Source of the DNA: Vicugna vicugna
Taxonomy: Eukaryota
DNA: 58,712 nt
Assembly: GCA_013265495.1 (NCBI GenBank)
Contig: MU058017.1
Span: 248,001-306,712, forward strand
Direction of reading: 5' to 3'
Shown: positions 49,691 through 58,712 of the stretch, one piece after another
How the letters are laid out: each line of letters starts with the position of its first letter
How positions within the stretch are numbered: the first letter of the stretch is position 1
The notes under the pieces: model-generated
Told to the model about the DNA's origin: nothing
The model's database searches: none
What the model saw: the letters and a program-made list of their open reading frames with translations, nothing else
Translations under genes and position numbers: made by a program

Positions 49691-52471
49691 GACCATGGCA
49701 GTCTCACTGAAATCGTCGTCTTAAATACAATATTTTACAGGTGATTACATCTATCCACAAGAAGTTTACAATCTATCAACACCTTTGTGTGTCCAAAGAT
49801 AGCTGTTAGCTGGTTAACCAATATGCCAGAACAGGAGACCACACTGGATGGTCAGATTCCATCCTTTTGTGTTTTATGCTATTATCAGTAGGAATTCCAT
49901 GCATGTTCCCTGGCAATATATTCTTTTGAAAATTTGGTCCTAAATCCAATATCAAACTGTGGTTTTTTCAATCCTAAATGGAAATGGCTTGGCAGGAATT
50001 AAAAAAAAATGAACCGGCTGTCTTTGTCCAACTGTTTAAAATATGTATTTTCCAAGTATCCTATTCTTTCCACTGTTTTTTTTTCAACAAAGACCCCACA
50101 AAATATGTTTGCACTCAGAAAGTCATCTCCTCTGAAGCAGATGAAGATAGCAAAAAAGTCATTGGTCTAAGCATTCTTTATATGACAGGCTACTAAGTGT
50201 ACCCCCTCATCCAAAGGAAACAGTATGAAAAACTTTCCCTGTAATTTTCTTGTATACGTATTTCATCAGTATCCTTTTCTTTCCTCATAATGAATTTTGG
50301 GGGTATATGTGATATACACAAAGAGACGGACACACACACACAGAGGAAGAGAATTCTGACTGTCTTTCTTGTTGGGTGTAAAACATATCTTGTATGAGAC
50401 AAAGAATTGAGAAATGAAAGACAATTGCAATTTTCTATTATTTTCTGGCTTGAGGGTAGTCATGGGCTTTTTGTTTAAAAAAAAAATCCTAAAGTCCTAA
50501 AAATAACAACCACATTTTTAACATGCGTGGAGTCTATAACAACTAATTAATCACTCTGGAGACAGGATGAAGTGTCTAGAAATGCATCATTTTAGTAACT
50601 TCCAGTTGTGTTAAGTTAATTAGTGATTCAAGTGATTTCTCACCTTTGTTTTTTTTCTTTCAAAAACATATCAAACAAAAACTTTGTCAAACCATTGAAT
50701 GAAGTGAAAAGGGAACCTCCAAAGCTTGAGGAGGTCTTCCCAACTGCCAGGATATCCTTGCTTGTACTGAAAATAGCCTATAAAATGTAAGCAAGAAGTT
50801 AATGGAAAAAGTCTCTGCTTTTCTAGGGGGGGGTCACTAAATTATGTGACCAGGTGTTTTCAGTTAGTATACTTGAGGCATCTGATTCTTAGAATCTTAG
50901 CACGATTGTTGACAGTAACTTAATTAAATATGGGTTCCAAGGTGTTACCTCCTCAACCGTGATCACAAGGGATACTTCACCCAGCTTGACCTAGCAGAGA
51001 CCTCCCTCAGCTGCCTGGTACTCAGGAAACCTATTCAGCTAAAGGGGCAGAATTTTCTCTACTTCACATTTCAGACACCCCAGATAATTACCCTTGTTTG
51101 AAAATAGTTCTTGACAAAAGCAGAAAAAAAATAAGGGAGGGTTCAAGACTCAACAAAATGAGTAAAATGGTCATCTCTAGTCAATTTCATGAACTTCATT
51201 AGGGTTCAAGAAAAGCCTACTCCTTTTACACAATCTTGTCTCCCTTCCCCGTGGTCTGAAAATTTCACAGCCTTAAAGTATAATTTAGTTTCAATCTGTT
51301 CTGAATGTGCTATTATCTTTCTTTAATGTATCTCCTTGTGGGTTAGAACCACCCCGCCCTGGCCCCACTAAACCACCACATCCAGCAGAGTACACAGTGT
51401 TTTGCACTTAGTAGATTAATAACTAGGTAATAAAAATGGATGCCCAAGAAACATAAATGTTACTTATGCCTTCATGTGTATTTTAGCTTTCTGCACCATT
51501 GACTGATTAACAAATTATTAAAAGGGAAGGATTTCAAAAATTCATAATCTTTTAATACACCATTTGTAAACTTGAACAATATCTGTCTTCAAATTTCTGT
51601 AACCAAAACTACCTGTGGGACCATAGAATTGTTAAGTGGTTATTTTTGTCATTTAGATTTTTTTTTTTAATTTCTCTTTCCTGGCTCACTTTCCTTGATT
51701 AAATCTTCTTGGGAAATTTCCCTTTCAGATTGGGTCAAAAAGTGGCTTTTCCTACTTTAACCAGAGAAAAATGCTAAAACTGACCAGGAAAGGTAGAGAT
51801 AAGATTCCTCTGAGGATCATTTGAGCTATAAGAGTTACTCTCCAAGGTTATATGGAATGGCATTTCAAGGTGCTTAAGTCAGAACTGTGGTCATAGAGGG
51901 AATCAAGAATACAGTAGGAAGATAAAAGCACTCTAACGCTAAGGCAATAATGATCAAGATTTAAAGAGCCCTCTGGGAAGTAATTCTGACTCCACAAGCA
52001 GCATTTGCCACTCTATCCATTTTGTTTCTTGTCCAGAATTTTTGGAAAGGAGATGGTGAGAGGAGATGCAGGGCAGGAAGAGGTGAAGTACTTAAAGAAA
52101 GCTTGCTGTTCCCATGGCTTTTGCTTCCTTATATGTTCCCTTCATTAAGCAACAACCCTAATTCTTATTAAAGATAAACACAACAGGGGCCATTTTCACT
52201 TGAGAAGAGTTGCACTCTGTAACTGAAAGCTACCATATGCTTTTCCTAGTACATCTGGGGTTACCAATGATCTGGAATAGGGAAAGCTTTTTCCAATCCC
52301 TCCAGCAAAAGTAGAAGTGGGCAGCACTGAAGAGAATTTTGAGCATCTGGACATTTCAGTAATTAAGACGGCCCAGAGTATGCCAGTCTATTAACAAGCA
52401 CACACCAAAATGAAGTGGTTTCCACAATTTGAAGATACAGTTGTTTTTATCTTACTTGTATCCTCTAGACA

Positions 52472-52700
52472 TCTAGCACTGGACTTAAGAGTTCCAAGAA
52501 CTGTAACTGAGCTCCAGTACCACTTACTTGTAGCTTTGGGCAAGTGACTCAGTCTCTCCAAGCCTGAATTCCCTTGCCTACAAAACTGGAATATGTTTAC
52601 CTACTCAAATTAAACAAAAGGAGTTTTGTGAGGTTCAAAAGGAAAAATGAATGTGAAATTGTTTTGTCAACTACAAAGCACTTAGAAAGAGATTATATTA
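52472..52700 (+). mobile_element. MIR SINE
   Basis: agcactggactt...ctttgggcaagtgactcagtctctccaagcctgaattccc...tgtgaggttcaaa. Confidence 0.8.
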
Positions 52701-55700
52701 AATGGATTAGCTATTGGTGGGGGTCCTTTTATGATCTTTGCTTGAGTTCCACCAACCATATAGCAGTTGGGTGGTCCTAACATGATTACCATCCAGGCCT
52801 CAGGTAGACCTTCCATTGCCTGAATCCATCGTTCATGGAAAAGGAATGAACTGAAACCAAATCAAATGTGTTCTTCTTGTTCCTCACAAATCTCCCAGTA
52901 ATTAGAATTCTAGAGTGGTTTTCAAAGATAAGAATTAGGCTAGAAATCATAATTGCATTGGTTTAGGGATACACTATATAATATATATAATAAACTATAG
53001 GAAATTATCTGTTTCATGTATTCTATTAAGTTATTTTGGGGAAGCCCAAATTAAATGATATAAACTTGTATTTCATAAGAATGTACATCAATATTCATGT
53101 TCTTTGCTCAAGTCCTAGAAAATTCTTGTGAAAGGTATCCCTTTGCCCTTTGGATTTTAGTAAAGATGTTTTATTCTTCCTACTAAATCATTTCAAATTA
53201 CATTCCATGCCAGTAGTATACGTTGTATATCCCGCCAGTCAACAGCTAGACTGCAGTGGCATTCATCCAGATTCCCATTTTTACATAAATGGTTTTAAAA
53301 CACATTCTCTATATTACATCCTAATCTCATGCTGGGCCAGCAAAATATAAATGATTCAATATAATGCAAATAATATGATGATGAGAAAAAGTTACCAAGG
53401 AGTCAAAATGGTGTTATAAAGACTTAACTATAAAATCCATATGCTCACTCTGAAAATATTCCAAATAAGCACTAGAAACTGACAGTTTAATGTGGTACTG
53501 AAAAGGTCAGATCAAGAAGCAGGAAGGCTCATGAAATTGAAGCACATGCAGAAAAAACAGCCAGAAGAGTATCACAACTCCTATAAAGAATTCCATATAA
53601 CACGAGGCTCAAATTTCTAGCCCCAAACTTAATATACTTCTGTTCATATCAGAGACAAAATATCCTATTCATATTAGAAATATTGGAAAAGCAGAGTAAA
53701 ATAGGTATTGTGTGTTTGTACTAATCCCAATCAGTGAAAAGTTTAGCCACAAAATCCTTTCCTTAGAATTAATACATGTGAACAACCAAAATTTAAATCT
53801 CCCCACATACCAAGATTTTACACATTCATCTGCCATTTAATTCAGTTGTCTGATGAGAATTCTTCATGTGCGTGGTACTTGACTATACTTTCTATACAGT
53901 TTGCTGCTAGCTGCTTTAGAATAATGTTTCAGGCACAGTCACTGGCTTATATATTCCCATGGTGCTTTTTCAAGATGAACCTCTTAAGTAACTTCTTCTT
54001 ACTCAAGTGTAGCTTCAAGAGTGCATCTTATTAAGAGGATTGTGAAGGATTTGCCATGACCCTAACATTATTTTAAATGTATGGTCTATTACAACACCAT
54101 CCCTATATTGTACCACATTCCCATATTCCAGACAGAGAAACTGAGGCAGAAAGGGGAAACTTTAATTCACAACATTCAGTGATTGCAGTAATTGAGTCCA
54201 GTGACAGAATATGTTTCCAAATTCCACCCCTCCCCGCTCTTTTTTTTTAATATAAGAGTTTTCCAGGGCTGCCTTAGAAGACCTTCCTCCAGGCTTGACC
54301 AGAACTCTGACAAACAACTAACTGCTTTTTAAAAAGAAGGCCATGACTGCTGGAACTCCCTCTAAGTGGCATAAGTGAAATCAAAAGCTAATAGAATTAA
54401 ATAACTTTGGCTCAGGCTACATGACAATTTTGACAGTAAAACTCTGAAATGCAAACATGCAACCATTTAGCAGAAAAAAATTAAAAGCTTCAGCATGTCT
54501 CTCAATCCAACATTAAGTCAAAACAAACAATAATGGAGTCATGAGATGCTTCCAAACTGGACTGGACAAGGCAAATCACTAGGCTGCAATATCAAATAAT
54601 TGAGAAGCCCTCTTCCTTGAATGAGGCAGCAGACCCCAGGGTAATGTGTCCTTCCGTCTTCCAGTTTTCCCACCAGTGTAGTCACCTGACTCCATCTGAA
54701 ATGGAGCTACTGCCTCGTGAACTGGGTCCTATGGGAAGTAGCAGCTCACCCTCAACCTCCACTTAAATGAAACCAAGAGTCAATGTATTCAATCAGCTAT
54801 TTTCTGTATTGAGGGAAAGCTCAAGGAAAACAAAAAGGGCCAGAGAAATCATAGGTGGAAAGTAGGCTGTCCCAGTATTCTCCTACCTTAGCATTAGAAG
54901 TTGGAACAATTACAAGAAGAGATTGAATTTTGAGGATTCTTTGATTTGTGGCTGCTGTTATGTACTCCTTTACTTTGATTCAAAAGTTATCAATTCTTAC
55001 AGCAACATTGCATAAACAGAAATTGTCTTTAATTCCAAAACTGAGAGACTTCTGCCTCAAAAAGTATCTTAATAAACTAAGAATTAGCAAAAGCATAAAT
55101 AACAATGTCACAATGATCGATTCTAACTCTATAAAAATAATTGGAATAGGAATAAAAGTCCTAACTTGCTAGCTCAGAGACACCACTCCCTCCTTTCCTT
55201 TCAGCAATGTTTGTCACATAATAGTTATACTTTTGTTTACTTTGTAATGTATTTCACAATAAATTCTTCCTCAGTTAAGGAATCATTTCAAAAATATTTT
55301 GAATGGCAAAGTGTATTTTGAATCATTCAAGAATTCATAGCAAACTAAAGTATGCAAAACCAAATTTTACACAGCTCTTAGATCTATTTCTAAATTGAAA
55401 GCTGTTCAAAGAAATTATCTGTTCACATGTATACTAGTATTCCATCTGTTACATATTCATGACTTCTTGAAAGGAAATTGTCCATAAAGATCACAGAATC
55501 ATAAACTTGATAAGCAAAAAGGTTTGGAGACCACCTATGATTCCCTCAATAGAAAAGGAGACTGAGTTAATAAGCCAAATCCTAACCTTCAACATGATAG
55601 ACTCAAATAAAAAATAAATCTATAAGCAAGTTGCTAATGACCTTTTAAAACACATTACAGGATCTTGCTCTTCCATAAAAGGCTTGTTCCAATCCTTTTC

Positions 55701-56329
55701 CATTAACTTCAAAAGAGAAAAGAAATCAGATTTGACATCTTGCAACTTAACTTGCTCCCTAAATATAAGTCATGTGTACACATAGCGAGTTCTTTCTAAT
55801 TCTGATTCTCATACATTTTTATTTCTATTTTTTCCATCCTTTAAGAAATCTTTTTCAAAGTTGTGTGTGGGAAATGTGTGTTTGTGTATGTGGTTTTAAG
55901 AAAGATCCTGAGCACAAAGGAAACCTCAGTAGATGCCTCTCTGTGGCCAGTGGAAGAAAGCAAGGATTAGTTCTGTGGCTGCATGTAATGAATTTTTACT
56001 GTGGAAATCATTGTGACATTTCAAGGGGAAAAAGTCCCCAAATATCTGAATAGTTATGGTGAATGTATCATAAATTACACCAACTGGTTAGGCTTTCTTC
56101 CTGCAAAGAGAATGTACTGAATTCATAAACATGAGCCAATACACTAGAATGTGCCAGTTCATGGATCTCCTCCCACCCAAAGAAGAGTCTCCACTTGATA
56201 ACTATTATTTTATGCCAAATAAATCCAGATCTGAAAAGCCCCTAATTCAATAATGTTAAAGGGCAAATACAAAACAGTATGCTTCCTGCCAATTCTTGGA
56301 AACCAGATGGAAGCTTATTTGTCAAGAAA

Positions 56330-56450
56330 CTGCAGAATCCTAAAGCTCAAGACCATCTTTTTCAAAATCCTCACTTCAAAGATGAGAAACCCCAAGCCTA
56401 AAGAGGTGGCATTGTTGATACTCACAAGTTTATAAAATAAACCTAAACTC
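56330..56450 (-). mobile_element. MIR3/MIR fragment
   Basis: cctcacttcaaagatgagaaacccaagcctaaagagg. Confidence 0.6.
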
Positions 56451-57029
56451 CAACACCTCTAGACGATTATTATTTAAAATATTTATTTTGTTCCCTCAAA
56501 CTCTGTAATCCTGTTCTTAAAACTTTGACATAACAGTCCCACCTATAATTTAAAGAATATCTTACATCTATCTCCTCCATGATGATTTCCTGCACTCTTC
56601 AGCCAGAAAGGGAACCTTCTAAGCCCTAGGATATCCAATTTACAGCTCTTATTTAGCATCCATCGCATACTTCCCTGCGTTGCTCTTACTCACTTGTGCA
56701 TTTCATTTGCCTCACCACATCTAAGTTTAAGTCTAGACAGTGTCTATCCCTCAGTTATACTCCTAAAGCACATTTGTCTTTTGGGGAAACCCATCGGCCC
56801 CTTTGAAGTCACTGTCTAAATTTGCATTATAGTGAATTACTTAAAAATATGGATCCTGCAACATATTAGGAAGCCCTGATTGTCCATGATTTTGTCTGGG
56901 TTTTTTGTTTGTTTTTGTGTTTAAAAGCTCCCACTGCACCTATTTTTGTACCTTACATTTAGGGAAATTAAGTACTAAAATAATATTGTGCCTGGCACAC
57001 AGTAGGTGCTCAAAAATATAGCTCCACAA

Positions 57030-57945
57030 AACCATGGAAATCTTTCTAAGGTACTATTATAAGACTAATTCATTTTTTCAAAAGTTGCACAGTATTCCAT
57101 AGCATGAATAAATCCACTTTATCCAATCATGTCCCTATTAAGGGTACTTACTTGGTTTCCAGTTTCTGACCCCTACAAACACAGCTGCAAACAACAGCCT
57201 TCCACACTAAGTTCTGCTATCACATGATATGTGATCCCTAAAAATCACCTGGCTAAGCAACATCATGCAGTAAAAAACCAGAGGGCTTCTAGAAAGTATG
57301 GGGTTAGGGAGCACAATGTCAAAAACCTTCCCCCAGAAGTCAACATACTAAAAAACAAAAATAAGACTTTAAAAAATGGTAGCACAATTTCACACATGAT
57401 AACTGGTTAAGAAATACATAAATACTACAATAGATACTTACACTCAATCATGAAAAAAGACCTGGAATGTGCTGGAGGAAATGGGCATCAGAAGGGTTGC
57501 TGCTAGTGAGTTACTGTGAAGTGGTGGAAGGAGGGTTATCTGAAATCAGATGGAAAGTTCTAACAGCAGATGTGGCCGGGTGTGGCTCCTAACATACACA
57601 GCGAACTAAGGTAGCAGGAGATGGGTGAGGTGTACTCTTTGTTTTCCCAGGCAGCTGGGTAGCTGGGTGCAGTTTCCTGCCATCCTTTAGTACTTTTTGC
57701 AAAGGAAATTATGCATAAGCCAAAGCAAAATTCACATTATGTTCAAAGTGTTCCCCAATATATCAGTAGCATTGGAATAAATTCACATTTTCAAAGTAAA
57801 TGTTAGAGCACAAGTAGCTAAGTACCTCTAGATGCCAGTGTTTTCATTCCTATGGGTTAATTTCCAAGCTAGAGATGATGGGTTGAAAGATTTGTGCCCT
57901 ATGTTGGTTTATAGATACTGTCAGATTGCATCTAGTTTTAACAAT
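57030..57945 (-). mobile_element. Ancient L1M 3' fragment split by MER82
   Basis: gcacagtattccatagcatgaata...cttggtttccagttt before the insert and gatactgtcagattgc after it. Confidence 0.7.
57206..57820. mobile_element. MER82 (TcMar-Tigger non-autonomous DNA transposon)
   Basis: gttctgctat...cctaaaaatcac...tggggttaggg...gtgaagtggtggaaggagggttatctgaaatc matches the recalled MER82 consensus; ~610 bp. Confidence 0.85.
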
Positions 57946-58229
57946 TTTAAGCTATTTTCTATTTTCATATCCTCAGAGCAAACAATTCAGTCCCACACTC
58001 TACACCCACTTTTTCCCCCAATTTGAGATAACAACTGTGAGACTGGGTCAGATTTCCAAGAAGGGATCCTGGATCTTGCTTTGTACTAGCCAAGGAGCCA
58101 AATGCTTAATTTAAAGGACCAGGCATTTCCTGGGAAAATCAGGAAAGAAAGCTACTTCTGCTTATCTGTCCTTCACCTGTCTATGTTGCTCACAAACAGA
58201 AATAGAAGATTCTTCAGATTCCAAGGTAG

Positions 58230-58500
58230 TTTTTAAAATTTTTTTTAAACCTCTTTTGAAAAAGATTGAAATACATAAGAGAGAAGAAAAATAACATCAC
58301 TTACGATTCCAAGTTGAGATAACCATTTTTAATATATTGGTGAAGTCTACGTCTGTGTGTTTTGACATAATACAGTATTTAGTTCTATCTTAATTATTTC
58401 ATGTAATAATCATTAAGATGCTGCTTATTAACACTATATACCTGCATAATACCCTACTTTACTATGTACCATAATTTACCTAGACATTTTTATTGCTAAA
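58230..58500 (-). mobile_element. Ancient L1ME-type 3' fragment
   Basis: gagataaccatttttaatatattggtg...actatgtaccataatttacct. Confidence 0.55.
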
Positions 58501-58508
58501 AATTAGAC

Positions 58509-58712
58509 TTTTTTTTACATTTTTTATTGATTCATAATCATTTTACAGTGTTGTGTCAAATTCCAGTGTTCAGCACAATTTTTCACTCATTCATGGACAT
58601 ATACACACTCATTGTCACATTTTTTTCTCTGTGATTTATCATAACATTTTGTGTATATTTCCCTGTGCTATACAGTGTAATCTTGTTTATCTATTCTACA
58701 ACTTTGAAATCC
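58509..58712 (-). mobile_element. Lineage-specific L1 3' end, runs off the window end
   Basis: Poly-T then tttttattgattcataatcattttacagtgttgtgtcaaattccagtg...ttccctgtgctatacag. Confidence 0.9.

Noticed and set aside
1..58712. Prokaryotic systems (operons, CRISPR, defence islands) or a known protein-coding gene
   Set aside because: The sequence is mammalian. The longest supplied ORF is 171 aa, there is no regular repeat-spacer array, and I recognise no protein other than L1 ORF2 remnants.

Overview
This window is eutherian mammalian genomic DNA, not prokaryotic. It is most likely camelid (camel/alpaca/llama), because it carries two copies of a tRNA-derived SINE resembling camelid Vic-1 as I recall it. 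It is AT-rich, CpG-depleted, intronic or intergenic sequence, with a large fraction of decayed transposable elements: L1 of several ages, L2, MIR/MIR3, ERVL and MaLR solo LTRs, and hAT/Tigger DNA-transposon fossils. I recognise no known protein-coding exon, RNA gene, CRISPR array or intact mobile element. The supplied ORFs are chance ORFs or L1/L2 remnants. The best leads are: (i) a GC/CpG-richer unique patch at ~20.7-21.3 kb flanked by two divergent GTAAGT splice donors; (ii) minus-strand candidate exons to its left that can be hand-spliced into an unrecognised 206-aa ORF; (iii) a candidate first exon with a CCAAT box at ~5.6 kb; (iv) CTCF-like and enhancer-like motif clusters. All are hypotheses. 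Repeat family names come from recalled consensus sequences, not a database search. Repeat boundaries are approximate unless a target-site duplication (TSD) is quoted, and repeat strand is given relative to the family consensus.
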